The position numbers and the translations under genes are program-made. A DNA stretch of 64,000 nucleotides from Moniliella sp. 'wahieum' (Eukaryota): positions 372,001 through 436,000 of the forward strand of contig RSEE01000056.1 in assembly GCA_003971905.1 (NCBI GenBank). Direction: 5' to 3'. This document shows, piece by piece, positions 24,420-37,240 of the stretch. The notes under the pieces are model-generated. The model did no database searches, was not told the DNA's origin, and worked only from the letters and a program-made list of their open reading frames with translations. The first letter of the stretch is position 1, and every line of letters begins with the position of its first letter.

Positions 24420-25150
24420 ATGGCCGCACAACGCACCCTGGCCGTGACATTCGTGACAGGCAATGCCAACAAGCTGCGCGAGGTGCAGCAGATCCTCGCA
24501 GCTGGCGCCGCCGCCGCCTCCGAGCCCACACCGATGGCGCCAGTACCGTGACCCCGGGGGTGAGCTTGCGCTCGCAAGCGCTCGATGTGCCCGAAGTGCA
24601 AGGCAAGATTGAGGAGGTGGCCAGCGCCAAGGTCCTGTCTGCTGCCTCCCAGGTCTTCTCTACCCCCCGTGCACCTGGTGCGCCTCGGCGCGCAGTCCTG
24701 ACGGAGGATACGGCGCTGTGCTTCAACGCGCTGCAGGGACTGCCGGGTCCGTACATTAAGGATTTCCTGGGGGCATTGGGCGTCGAGAAGTTGCCTCGCC
24801 TCCTGGATGGGTTCCCGACAAGTCGGCTGAAGCGGTGTGTACGTTTGCACTGGCTATCGAGCCGCCTCAGGGGAAGGAGCAGGACGTGCTCATCTTCCAG
24901 GGCCGCACACCAGGCAAGATTGTGGACCCGCGGGGTGGTAAGAAGTTTGGTTGGGACCCGGTGATGGAGGTGGAAGGAACGGGGCAGACGTATGCCGAGA
25001 TGCCCCAAGAGGAGAAGAACAAGGTACGTTCTTCTTGGATACTGAAAAGTCAAAGCGAAACTAATTCGTTCTTCAGCTCTCCCACCGCTACAAGGCCTTG
25101 GATAAACTGCGCACCTTCCTACAGGAGTATGCTGCCAAGGCGAGTAAGAC
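24420..25150 (+). CDS. HAM1: Inosine triphosphate pyrophosphatase
   Basis: [56 protein letters not shown]|intron ~25024-25076|LSHR. The 3' end is approximate. Confidence 0.93.
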
Positions 25151-26229
25151 CCGTGTATCCACAATCTATCAGTATTCATCGTTCCAGGAAGTACGACAGA
25201 ACCGCACCCCTCCCAAGTGCTTTTGGCACTACCTACCTTGCTCTGATAAGACAAGTAACCATTCACCATGGGAAGTCACTCGCCTTTCCTTTCTCTTCCT
25301 TCCTTTGCCTTGCGTCTTCGTCCTAACTAAGTGTACCCCACGTGCTGCATCTTGATACAGAACTTAGAAATTCTGTCCTGAACATACTCACATACTGGTT
25401 GATGTTAGTAGGAATCTCGTATCAGGGGGATGACCAAGATGGGGTGGGCTGCTTGTGTACATGACGTTGGTGTGACATCGAGATTGGCCCTGCGTCAGAC
25501 ATAGTAAGAAGGTTCCCTCTAGCGGCGCATCACTGTTTTCCCCTGCCCTCGTTCGCAAGCTTCATGGGGAAAACCACGGGGGGGGGGGGAAGTTGTGGAC
25601 TGCATGCGTGGTTGCGGCGACTCCAGTTGCGCCCCCTTGTTGCAATGAACGTACTGAGGCGAAACGCTCTTCTGGGTGGAATAACTTTTTACGACCCGCA
25701 AGTAAGTGCAGCAACGGTGGCGACTACAGTAGTATCACTGCCAAGATACGTGTAACGATCGTCGAAGGACATGGCACACTGGTTCTCGTATCATATTCTC
25801 TCCGCGCCAGAGACGCTCATGTGGACTCTCGGCAGATGGGGGGCACCAGGCCTTCCGTGCTGCGGCGCTCAAGCGGTGTAGGGGGGGGGGTACACTAGTG
25901 CAGCTAATCAAAAGAGACACGCAGGTAGAACAGGCAGGGAAGCGACACGATACGTTGGTACAACTGGGCACACAGTGAACACAGAGGCGACAGACGACAG
26001 GGACAGGGACAGAGACAGGGACAGGGACGGGAAACAGTGACATGGACATGGACATGACAGGGAACAGGGAGCACCGGTACATGGCAGGCCAGCCAATTTC
26101 ACGGCCGGGTTAAAGCGAAAATACATAGAGGCAATCAGCAGACAGACAACTGACTGACAACTGACGACAGACGACAGACGACAATCGAGGGTAAGGGGGG
26201 GGGGGGAAGTACCGGCGAACAGGAAGGAG

Positions 26230-29200
26230 AAGAGAGCGAACGCCCAGCGAGAGCTCAATACCAAGGATTGCCAGCATTGTGGTCCTGAGCATGCCGAGGC
26301 CGCAGTTCCAGTGCGACCCTGGCTACGATCTCCTCCTGCCATCGCGGGGGAGTTCGCCCTGGTGAACGTGCGGGGTGGTGGTGTTGGAACCCGATCCGGT
26401 AGAGCCGCTGGCGGAATGGGTTCGGGTGGGCGAAGTTGGGTCCTCGAGCGCCACAAGCGCAATGGGAACCCGCGCTGCCACCGTCAGGTCTGGCGGCACC
26501 ACCCCCGACAGCTCCTTCAACCGATCGTCCCACGTCAGCCAGCTCAGCCAGGGTGGGCGAGTGAGGTGTTCCCTGCTGCCGGGATCGTCGACCACAGGCC
26601 CATAGATCACCCTCTTGCCGCTCGTCTTTCCAGCAAGTGGCGATGGCTCGCGCACCTTAACCCCAAGCCGCAGGACCGAACCTGCGTACCCAATGCCCGG
26701 TTGGACCGGCAGCTGAATCGAGCTGTCGGATGGATACGGCATAGTGGCGACCATGGCGTCTCCCCGCGGGGTGCGAGGCCTCATGCCCAACTGGCGAATC
26801 TTCCCTGGCATCGGCAAAGTCAGAGGGCGAGGTCTGGAGCCCTCCTGGCTGAGTGACGAGGACTTGCCGCTCCGGAGACGGGCCGAGGGTGGGACGCAGA
26901 GTGTCGTGGGGCGACGAGATGGCGTAGCCGTACCCTTCGATTTCAGACGCACGCGGAGTCAGTTCCGCTCCACCCAGATCTTGCGAGTAAACCGAACGAG
27001 AGAGATGGTCGCGGTCCGGCCCATCAAACACGATCCTCGAATCAACAGGACCACGACCTTCGGTGTTCGTCTGGTAGCTCATGCATGCTTGAGGCACGGT
27101 CATAGTACGGTCCCAGGGCGGCAAGGTCGTCCACAGATTCGGTTGTGTCCTCGGCATCAGCAAAGAGCGAGGAACCGGGCTCCGACACTTGCCCCTCCGA
27201 TTCACTTCGGACCTGGAACGGTGCAGTAGCAAAGGCAGTGTTCCTGCCCCCCGAGACGACACGACGGTTGCGAAGTCCCGACGCGTCGGAACCCATGGCG
27301 ACACCCGAGGCCAGCAGCGAAGAAGTAGCGCCATGGCGCCTGTGCCCTCTCTCGCCAGCGGCAGCGGCGGCAGCAGCAGCGGCGCCAGCAGCACCCGCAC
27401 CAGCAGCAACACCCATCGCACCAGCGCCAGTGCCCTGAGCCATCCCAGCCACCCGGATTCCCGAGGTGGAAGGGACGATGCCTGAGCCCGATTGGGCCAG
27501 TCCGTCTTCATCAGAGGGGTGGAGCTGAACAGTCCTGTTTCCCAACTCGCTTTCGGAGTCATATCCTCTTGCTCGCCATCGGACGCGCCCATCCCCTGAC
27601 CGGGCTGAGAGACGGGCTGAGAGAAAGGGTCAGCTCCGCGGTATGGAGAGCGTGGTGTGGCGCGTACTGGGGAGCCACCCTGAAGCACCTCGCTCAACTC
27701 AGCATGCTTGGGCTTGGGAGTGGTTCCCTGCAAATGAGCAAAGAAGGCCAGGGGTTGCGGCGTTGTCTCGGTCCGGCCGCTTTGGCTGGATTCCGTTCCA
27801 AACACGTCCTCCTCCTCCGTCGGCGTGATGCGAACCGGATCGTGATGGTCCTGGTGGGTGGCTGCTGCGCCACCTACGACGGCGGCCCCCGTCGCCGCGG
27901 TGGGGAAGTGGGAGTACGAGGCGTAGCCAGTGGGGTCTTAAAACCCGTGGCTGGGGATTTCGGTGTGCCGGACTTGTTTGGGGTAGTGGCAACGGCAGTG
28001 TGGTGCGTCGAGTAGCTATGGGAGTTAGATGCATCCGAAGCACGTTTGCCCGGGGACTTTTTGCTCCAGGCTGAGGCAACCGTGCCGGCCGCTGCACCTG
28101 CCGCAACCGCTCCCACCGCGCCCGTGGGCACGTCTCCAGTCATAAATGGGTTACCGTCCCGATCGATCGGGGGGGACGCGTGAGCGGCGAGCGAGTGGCT
28201 GCTCGGATTGGCGAACCCGGTTGCCCCTGCCGTCCCTGCCGCCCCTGCGACTAGCGGTGACGAAATATGCATGGGGGAACCATCCAGCATTTCTTGCTCT
28301 TTTGCCTTCTCCCCTTTTCTTGTTTCCTCCTCCGGCAGCAGCACAACAGCAAGGCCAACAGCGCAAGGAGGAGCGGGATGCCCAATCCGAGACCCAGCCC
28401 GAGACCGAGACCAAGGTGATTGCTGTGGTGCCCAGTGCTCGCACCTGGCTTGGAGGAAGGCGAAGGAGTAGCCGTGGTAGCGGTGGGCGCAACAAGAAGT
28501 TTCATGGTAGCTGTGCTAGAGGAGTTGTACCCATTCACCATCCGTGACGCAACGGTGAGGGTACTGTTCCCCTCCCCGTCGGACGGAACAGCTCCCAACA
28601 ACTTGGACGCATTGGGTGAAGCCACGTTGGCCCGCCCGAGACGGCGAGCACGAGCCCCGCCCCAGCAGCGGTAGCGGCAGGAGTAAGGTACGGGGCCAAG
28701 TCGCAAGTGAAGTTTTGCCCTGGCGTGGCATGAGCGTCTGGAAGTGAGTTGGTAGCAAGCAGGGAGGGGAAGAGGTGCACGGGCTGGGGGACTTGTGTCG
28801 TAGCGTTCAAAGAGGGCAGAGAGAAGTTGACCGGCACATTCCAAGTGTTGGTCGATGTGAGGTTTGTATCCAAAGGGGGGGTTCCAGAGAAGGAACGAGT
28901 AGCCGGATCGAACTGAAGCCAAGGAGTGGCAGACGTGTTGGCACTGACTGCGACGGAGTGGAGAAGCGTTTGATTGGCGTTGATCGGTTGGCCGTCGAGG
29001 GTCAAGCCGGTGATGGGGAGTGTATAGTTGAAGGCGGATCCAGCGGTGGCGTTGGCGACGGACAGGGGTGCGGCCAGCGCAAGCACATGGTCCGCGACAA
29101 CGATGCTGAAGTTGCTCGATGGGCCGCCAAAACCAGGTTGGTTGGAGGCGGTGACCGTGACATTTACCGTGGGGGGTGGTGGGCGCTACGCCAGAGAACG

Positions 29201-29836
29201 TGTAGTCGGAAGCGTTGAAGTGGAGCCAGGCGGGCAAGGGTTGGTGTTCGCCCACTTGTGGGGTCCAGTAGACGGCCGTGTCATTGTTGGCTTCGACAAA
29301 AGAGTCGCCTTCAAACCCAAGGGAGAAGCTCCATCCCAGCGGCAGCCAGAGAGAGCCGTTTGGCAGGACGTGAGACGGACCCAGCTCCGAAGCGATGCGG
29401 GGCAGTTGCTGCGCGAGGGGAAGATTAACGGTGGGCGCAGGAGCCTGGACCACGTTGAGCTGGAACGTATCTGTGCCCGTGTGGAGCCCATCTGCTGGGT
29501 TTTCAGGACGGGCAGCGAGGGTAACGGTAGCAGAGCGCAGGTCCGAGGCTGTGGGGGTGCCAGAGAACGTGAGGGTGTGGTTGTCAAAGGTGCACCACGG
29601 GGGCAGTCCCGTCACAGAGAAGTCAACAGGGCCCCCGCGTTGGCGACAAATGTGTCGGGGTCCAGGACCCACTCATAGGGCTGGCCGACATGAGCCAGCG
29701 GCGGCAGCTGGGCCTTGAGTGTGGTGACCTGGTGAACCGACGCATGGACGCTGGCGACCAGGGCGGCGAGGGAAGCGAGTGTGAGGGTGGCCCGGGTCTG
29801 GCCGCGGAGGCGAGCAAGGCGCTGTGTGCGGCGCAT
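26230..29836 (-). CDS. AXL2: Axl2-like type I membrane polarity protein with cadherin-like/Ig (CADG) repeats
   Basis: Signal-like N-terminus; QLPPLAHVGQPYEW..DTF; repeated LP.W..FD....FSG.P; LPLGWSFSLGF; TM segment LGLGLGIPLLLALLALLLCCCRRR; long Ser/Pro-rich cytoplasmic tail. Several frameshifts; end approximate. Confidence 0.8.
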
Positions 29837-30402
29837 GGGGGTCTGGCAGACGCAGGTCAGCGGCTGCGGCGACGGCCGTGACGACGCGATACGTACCCAG
29901 AGGAGGCGGCGCAGATGGGCAGCAGGCAGCACAGAGAAGACGGGGTAAGGAGCGTGGAGCGTGTCGGGCACGGAGACACGGGCGAGGGAGAGGGCCGAAG
30001 CACCGACGCAGCGGCGGGCCAAGGGGAGAGCAGATGGTAGCAAGAAGACGAACGCGGCGAGGACGCCCCTTCTGCCTGACGCTGGGCGTCTTCCCGCCGG
30101 GTGGTTGGGTGGCAGTCAGCGGTCGTGCCTCCACCACGCGTGGCGCGGGCGGGGGGCGCACTCATAGCGTGGAGGGGTTAGCGGCCGCACGGGGGCAGTG
30201 TGCGATCGGCGCAGAGTGAGGTGATTAAGGTGCGCAGCCCTGCGTTCCACGCGGCAGCGCGGCAGCCGTGTGTGCGGCCTGCCCAAAGCGGAAGGCGGTG
30301 GATGGCGCCAGGCACGCCTCCGCAAACCACCTTCCTGCTTGGGAAGCAGCAGTGCTGCCCGGTCATATCAAGCGAGCGCCCCGCCACCAAACATCTACAC
30401 TT

Positions 30403-30619
30403 TGTAACACCGGAGGAACCCAAGGGATTGGGTGAAGAACCTCTGGAAATGTAGAGCAATGCAATCGCGATGGTGGTGGTTAAGGTCTAAGCCTTGTGCC
30501 ACACCTAGAGACAGGGGTTCAGACAAGCCTGAGTATACACGTGGAGGCTTCGGAGGACAAATCAGGGGTGAAGGGTGATGAGGCGCCTTGGCCTAAGTAC
30601 GGGACCACGGGTCCCAACA
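30403..30619 (-). repeat. 3' LTR of Copia element
   Basis: 217 bp. Differs from the 5' LTR only by one substitution near one end (tgtaacacc vs tgtaagacc) and short homopolymer indels at the other. Confidence 0.95.
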
Positions 30620-30684
30620 CCCCCCCGGGCCAAGGGAACGAAAGAAGCCCGTTGGCCATCAACAAAAGAAAAGTAGAAAGGGGA

Positions 30685-33600
30685 TCAGCGCGAAGAAAGA
30701 GAAGCCAAATCGAAATTGTTACGCGCAGAAATGATCTTGGGAAGAGAAAGAGGTTTGGTGAACCAGTCAGGGAGATGGTGTGCACCTGGAGTGTAGTGGA
30801 CTTTAATTTCGCCTCGGTGGATGCGTTCCCGCACCTCGTGGTACGAGACGTCAATCTCCCGTATTTTGCCTAGGCTGCCGAGCTTTTCGGCCAACGCTTT
30901 GGCAGCGGTGTTGTCAACAAAGAGCTCAATCGGGTGATTAGCCTTGCAGACACCAAGTTCAAACAGTATGTTGCGAATGAATAGAGCATCTCGAAGGCCA
31001 TCTCCCATGGCTAGGTATTCAGATGCTGCTGTGTTGCTCACACCTTGATTTTGGGACTTGGAGCCCCAGGATACAGGCACACCGAAAACAAAAACAACAT
31101 GGCCCGAAACGGAGTGAGAGTTGCTCTTGTCTGATGCAAAGGAGGCATCGGTGTGCAGCTCGAGTAGAGGGCGAGATCGGTTGGGTGTGAGGCACAAAGA
31201 GTAGTCAGACGTACCGGCGAAGAAACGTAATAGGTCCTCCGCTGCGCGTCGGTGGGCGGCGGACGGGTCGTCCATAAACCGCGCTAAAAAGGTAGCCGCA
31301 AAGAGGGCATCAGGCCGGGACATACGAGCCGCCCACAAGCTGGATCCGACAATAGAACGGTAGGCACGGTGCTCGTCTCGAGTGGCACGCTTTTCGTGTT
31401 CGGGTCGCTTGGGAGGCGGAAGTTGGTGGCCGATTGGAAGGTAGCGGGGCCGGTGAGGTGATATGTCATGCGCGGCAAGCGTCTCAGCGATGAATTTGGG
31501 TTGGCTGATGTACAGTCGTCCATCGATACGGTCGTATTGGCAGCCGAGATGGAAACGTAGGGGGCCGTTGGACTTAATTTGGATGCTGCGCCTTAATTCC
31601 ACTAAGAATTCATCATACGCTTCTTGGGACCGACACGCGACCAAAAAGTCGTCAGTGTGGACGGCGATTAGGATCAGGCCAAGAGGTTCGGTGCGACGTA
31701 TGAACAGGCAAGGCTCTGATTTTAGGCTAGTGAAGTGGAGTCGGTCGCAAAGGAAAGTGCGGAGCCAATCTCCAAAGTTGGCCCCGCTCTGGTGCAGGCC
31801 ATAGAGACTTTTCTTGAGTCTCCAGCAATGACCGGGCGCTTCTGGGAAGAAGGGGGGTGGTCGAACATAGACGAGCTCGTTGATATCGGCATAGAGGTAG
31901 GCAGCTTCCACATCGGCAGAAAATAAGTGGAGGCCATCAGCTTCGGCCAACGCAATTAGCGTGTTGACGGCAGCAGTACGAACGGCAGGAGCAAAAGATT
32001 TCGCCCATGTGCCAGGAACTTGCCGGTGCCCTCCCACAACGTAGCGGGCACGGTACTTGAGGAAGTTAGCATCCGCATCCGTCTTAGTACCTATGACCCA
32101 CATGCCGGGAAGGGGTTTGATCCCTGGGGGGATGGGTACAACTTCCTTCACGTCACGCTCGTCAAAACGCCGAAGCTCGAGGCGCATTGCCTCGAGTACG
32201 CCATCAAAGGCAGGGTGACCCACCAACTTCTTGATGTTCTTGGGGGCCACCGGGACCCCATCGGTGGTCAGTATGACCTCGGTGTCACTTGCCGCGGATT
32301 CGATTGCGAGTGCAATGGGGGGCGAGCTTGGCTCCGAAGCAGGTAGCATGGATGTGTCCGGCGCTGGTCCGAAAATACTCACCAAAGCCTGCATTCCTAG
32401 GGCGGAGAGGGCGGCCGGGTTGCCAAAGATGCTAGGGGCCTTGTTGACGAGCAGGGAAAAGGTGCCATCGCGCAAATTGTCGTTGGCTGGAATGGACAGG
32501 TCGAGGGGTGGAGCGTTGATACGCGCTTGGCGAACGGGATTGCGACGCACGAGTGCGGGGACGGCTGTATCGGTCAGGGGCACGGTCACGGGGGCGAGCG
32601 TGTCGGTGGGGGAGAGAGGGGAGGGGGATAGGGCGGGAGAGGAAGGGGAAGTGGAAGAGGGAGGGGAAAGCAGGACTTGGTGGCCAGTGTCAACGGCATC
32701 TTCTGTGATAGTTTCATTTTCTTCGGCTTGCTTTGCCTGGCGTTGTGCCATGCCTGCGGGGTCAGATGCAACAGGTTGGGGGGATACATGTGGGGGGTTG
32801 GAGTTGGTGGGAGTGGGGCCAGGCTCTGAATTCTCATTTTCGTTGGCTTGAGCCGGGCGATGTGCCTCTGTTTTTCGTTCTTTTAATTTTCTTTTTCCAT
32901 GGGGGGCATTGTCTTTCTTACCATTAGTATCGCGGGTCAGTTCATCTATCGCAAAACGCACACGCCGGGGTGGGGAGCTGTCTGACTTCCCACCAGCACC
33001 CATTTCTCCGCCCCCCCGCACCTCTCCGCCACCAGCAGGGACAAGGGGGTCCAGATGAAAGTGCGTGGGATATTCGGTGGTGTACGGGACATGCGTCCAG
33101 GTGGACGGCTTTTTCCAACGGAATCCAACTTGGCCGTCGTCCTGGTGGATGGCAAAGAGCCACCCCTTCGAACCGCGGCCGTGCCCGTAACCCACCAACA
33201 TTGCTGGGACGGCCCGCGGACCAAGTTTGCCGCCCTCGCGTTGGTTGGGCAATAGGTGCAGGTAGGCAAGAGTGCCAAAACCGCGCATGCGAAGGGAGGG
33301 TTTGAAGCCATGGTACCGGACAAATCGGCTGTCCCCACCCAGTGCTTTCGGCGGCGACTGGTTGTGTGCATATGTGGCCGCCAACAAGCTGTGTTCCCAC
33401 CACTCGTCGGGAGTCAATCTGTTGGCGATTACCATGAGTCGAGCGCGATCCGTAATCGATCTTATGGCGCGTTCGGCGACCCCATTGGACGCACTTTCGC
33501 CAGGATTGGTGCGCTCGCTCACTACTCCCAGCTCGCAGTAAAACTCGTCCATTGCGGTGGTGAGTTCAGGCGCATTGTCAGAGCGGACCGTCTGAAGGGG

Positions 33601-35639
33601 GCGGTCGGGATGTTGGCGATGCTCGCGCCGGATGAAGGCTTGAAGTTCGGCTGTGGCATCACCCTTGGACACCAGGGGTAGCGTCCAGGTATACCGCGTA
33701 AAGTCGTCGACAATGATAAGGGCGTAAGTATGACCCCGCCGCCTTGGCGGGATATGTCAAGGACGTCGAGGTGGAGGAGAGAGAAAGGGCGAATGGTTCG
33801 GATTGGGCGTCCAGTCGTGGCGTGGGGTGGGGCAGTGGCTCTGCTTAATGCGCATGGTGCACAGTGCCACGAGGACCGGACTAAAGCGATGTCGCCACTG
33901 TTGACCCGTTCGAATGCTGGGTCATCCGACGTGAGGGATGAAAGTTGATCTAGAGGTGCATGATTCCATCGGATGTGGGCGTTTTTCACCTTGACCAGGG
34001 TTGCATCAAGGTTGAGTAGCGAAGTGGCGCTGTTGGCTGTGGCTGTCGTATTGGGCGCCAGAGTAAGGGAATAGCTTGAGTCGGCGGCGAGACGAAAAGG
34101 TTCGCCGTGTCGTCCGAGATAGAGACCATGGCCACCTGGAGGGATCCAGCTGCCAATGCCTGCGATAGATAGATGGTAAGCGCTGAGCAGGTTGGTCGGG
34201 AAGGTGGGGCAGTACAAGCTGCCGGGTAGGTGGATGCGGATAGGGGCTCCGTTCTGGGTTTGAATGTACATAGAGATGGTGCCAATGCCTTCAGTGTATG
34301 CGATCTGTCCGTTTGCCACTGCTATGGGCTCGCGGTGTGGACGAAGATTGATAAACGCACTTCGTTCATTGAATACGGATGGTCTCGCACCTGAATCGTG
34401 TTGCGCAGGGAGGTTGGCTGGCTTGGGTGGTGTAGTGGCTGCCATAGGGGTTACTGCATGGGCAGATGAGGTGGTCTGGGCTGTCGTAGCCGGCCGGCTA
34501 AAGTGGCCGCCACGTTGGCCACCACGGTGACTTCCTCTGTACCCGCTGCCACCTCGGCCTCGTCCGCGGCCTGTCACCGTACTGCTTGTTTGGCTGTGCG
34601 ACGTGGCTTCCGAAGGGGCCGTACTGGAGGGAGCTGGGCTTGAACTGGAGGTACTGCCGTAGTTGGAGCCTTTGAGTTCGCTCACTGCTCGGCGCAATTC
34701 GGCGTAGCTGCTGTTACGATGGAGGTGCAACCACCCCTGATCAGTAACGCCTTTCCGTAGCATCTGTGCTAGACCAATCTCGTCCAGCTTGGACTTGGAC
34801 GTCATCTCGTACTGGGTTACCGCCACAGTGAACTCATTCAGGTATTGGCGGCCCGACTTGGTGCCCATTTTGAGAGTGAGAACCTTTATGAGGATATCAC
34901 AGATCTCAGTGTCTGAAACGGTGCCGTACAAATCACGCAGAGCATGATAGTATGCAGACCCTAGAGCCGGCGTGCCATCGCCGGTGATCTGCTGGACGAC
35001 GTCGGAGTCTATCCACGGGAGTAGAATGTTGGCCAAGTGAGCGTCCAGTTCTGCGTTATACCCGTCCAGGGCCTTGCCCTGTTCCAGATGCTCACGCGCT
35101 CCAGGGATAATCTGGATACGAGGGAGGAAGATCCGGGTCCATAACCAAAACGAGCTGTTGTTGTGGAAACGCTCGTGGTACGGCACGTTGCTGCGAGTGG
35201 CACTACGGAGGAGCTTGTCGGGAGTCAAAGCCCACGGGTTGTCGTCGACGGCCGGAGTTGACGATAAGGCACCTTCGTTCTTGCTAGCATTGGGTGGATT
35301 CTCACATGATAACATGACAATGGCTTCTGTGGTCGTCTTTTCGCTGTACCCAAGCTTGATACCAGTGTCCTGTAGCTGTTTGAGGGTGATGTGTTCGGGA
35401 AACAATTTGAACATGTTGCGAATGCGGTCGGCGAGGGTGGCGACGTCGTTCGCGGTGTTGTCGGGGCCCACGGGGGTGGGTTGAGGTGTAGGGGTAGATT
35501 CACGCGATGGTGTCAGCGGCGGGGAGGCGTGGTCAACTCCGACGGGAGTGGTGCTCTCTTCTGCTCCGGCAGTTGGTGAAGTAGGGGTTGAGGAGTTGAA
35601 CCAAGACTCCTGAGTCTGAGAGCTCATGATGCTTGCCAT
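30685..35639 (-). CDS. Copia Gag-Pol polyprotein (one frameshift ~33735)
   Basis: PR: HDSGA..IAVANG..GIGTI. IN zinc finger: HIRWNH..CAPC. IN core: LHLD..VDD..VRSDNAPE..NGVAER. RT: YRARYV..DVEAAYL..LKKSLYGL.QSG..HTDD. RNase H: TDASFA..SEY..VDNTAA..DWFTKPL. The frameshift sits in a G4 run. Confidence 0.95.
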
Positions 35640-35734
35640 TAGCTTACGCAGTTCGAGCAAGCGCTTGTGGATAGGGCCGGCAGCGGAGGACCGAAGAGTG
35701 TAAGAGTGGAAGGCTCAGGGCTGAGCGTCAAGAG

Positions 35735-35745
35735 GATTGTAACTC
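35735..35745 (-). other. Putative non-canonical primer-binding site GAGTTACAATC of the Copia
   Basis: Immediately follows the 5' LTR on the sense strand. A 10/11 match occupies the same position in the element at 51016-53546. Confidence 0.7.
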
Positions 35746-35959
35746 TGTAAGACCGGAGGAACCCAAGGGATTGGGTGAAGAACCTCTGGAAATGTAGAGC
35801 AATGCAATCGCGATGGTGGTGGTTAAGGTCTAAGCCTTGTGCCACACCTAGAGACAGGGGTTCAGACAAGCCTGAGTATACACGTGGAGGCTTCGGAGGA
35901 CAAATCAGGGGTGAAGGGTGATGAGGCGCCTTGGCCTAAGTACGGGACCACGTCCAACA
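35746..35959 (-). repeat. 5' LTR of Copia element
   Basis: 214-bp direct repeat of 30403-30619. Confidence 0.95.
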
Positions 35960-37240
35960 CACTTCTACGCCAAATCCCAGCCCAAGCCCGAAGAGCGTCA
36001 CGTCGCTTACGAGCCTTGTTGGTCCCAGCCCACCCTGTTTGTCCTTGCACCGACACATCCGCCTGACGCTGCCAAAACATCTCGGATGTCTGTGCCTCTG
36101 TTTCATGTGTGATTCCAAGTCATCGGTACACAGAAGACCATATCACGACAGCCAGTGATTATGTATCGTAGCGTGCCAGCCTCTGCCATATCGACGTCTG
36201 TTGATGCCGCCTCCAAGCACATTCTGTTGACCTAGTAGATAGCCTGTGATACTGCGTAGAGAAGAGCGTTCAGCCTGAACTGCCAACCCAAACACAAGGC
36301 CAGCAGAGTCGCCAGCCAAAATGCCCCCCCCCCCTCGTGTTGGCTCCGACTATTTCTTCTTTCCAAGCCGGAGTGTGGCGCGAGGCGAATGAGTGGGAGT
36401 AGCAGTGCGAGCAATTATGGACCATCCCCAATGAAACTCAGTAAACATCTCTTGTTAGACGTTTTACAGTGGCAGTACCGCGGTCGTCATGACCACACTA
36501 GAGGAAAGAACCCGGGGCTTGAAAACGTCGCTGTGCCAGGTATGCTTGGCGTTCCTGTCGCATTCCGCTTGCTTCAGGATGCGATGTCATTGCTGCACCA
36601 GCTTTATTCGCACAGGTGGGGGAAAATGCCGGTGTGTTGGGTCTTACAGGTGCGGCAGAGTCCTGCTCTCTTTCCAGTCTCCCAGAATAAGCGAACAATG
36701 GCCGGTAGGCCAACAGAGTCTCCAAATCCCCTTCTCGACGACCGAAGGAAAGAAGGTGCATTCGAAGAAAGAGCATACCTCTCTCGATGGCCTTAGCAGG
36801 GGGGAATGCAGAGAGAAATGATGTGCGTACGGGTAAGCGTGCACTCATTTACCTCTCGCGGTTGCTATATGGTGGAGGGACGAAATGATTTCTTTCGACG
36901 TGAGGATACGCCTTGTGAAGATGGACGTGTCATGAGAGAAGACGGGGGCAGTGGCGACAGAGCCTGTGGGCTGTGAGCCTACGCGCTCTCTCTTCTGATC
37001 CTTATTGTTTCCACCCCGAAGATATGACAAGTTCTGCTCCCTGGGGCGCAAAATGGCTTTGGCCCGTGCACCGGGAGTAGGTCCCCTGACGTTATGTGGG
37101 TCAGTGTACCCGTGGTGGAGTGGTGGAGTGTAGCAAGACGAAACGGAGTTCGCTCCAGGAAAACTGGCTGTCTTTCCTATTAGATGTGCCTCGTTGAGGA
37201 AAAGAAATGGAAGAAAAATGTGAAATAGGCGGAACAAAAA

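Larger units (their letters stand above)
30403..35959 (-). mobile_element. Full-length Ty1/Copia LTR retrotransposon (~5.56 kb)
   Basis: Near-identical TG..CA LTRs at 30403-30619 and 35746-35959. 5-bp TSD CACTT at 30398-30402 and 35960-35964. G-run PPT next to the 3' LTR (~30620-30626). Domain order gag-PR-IN-RT-RH. Confidence 0.97.

Noticed and set aside
25980..26185. (GGGACA)n, (CATGGA)n and (GACA/GAC)n repeats downstream of AXL2
   Set aside because: Ordinary low-complexity 3' UTR microsatellites with no further structure.
33700..33760. Programmed gag-pol frameshift in the Copia
   Set aside because: The shift lies inside the integrase core at a G4 run, not at the gag/PR boundary. It is most simply a sequencing indel.
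35738..35753. Alternative 5' LTR boundary at 35738 (tgtaac plus an 8-bp insertion)
   Set aside because: The second element has the same GATTGTARCTC abutting its LTR, which supports 35746 as the boundary.
36000..37200. Short ORFs between the Copia and the tRNA
   Set aside because: No recognisable homology or motif; a gene cannot be supported.
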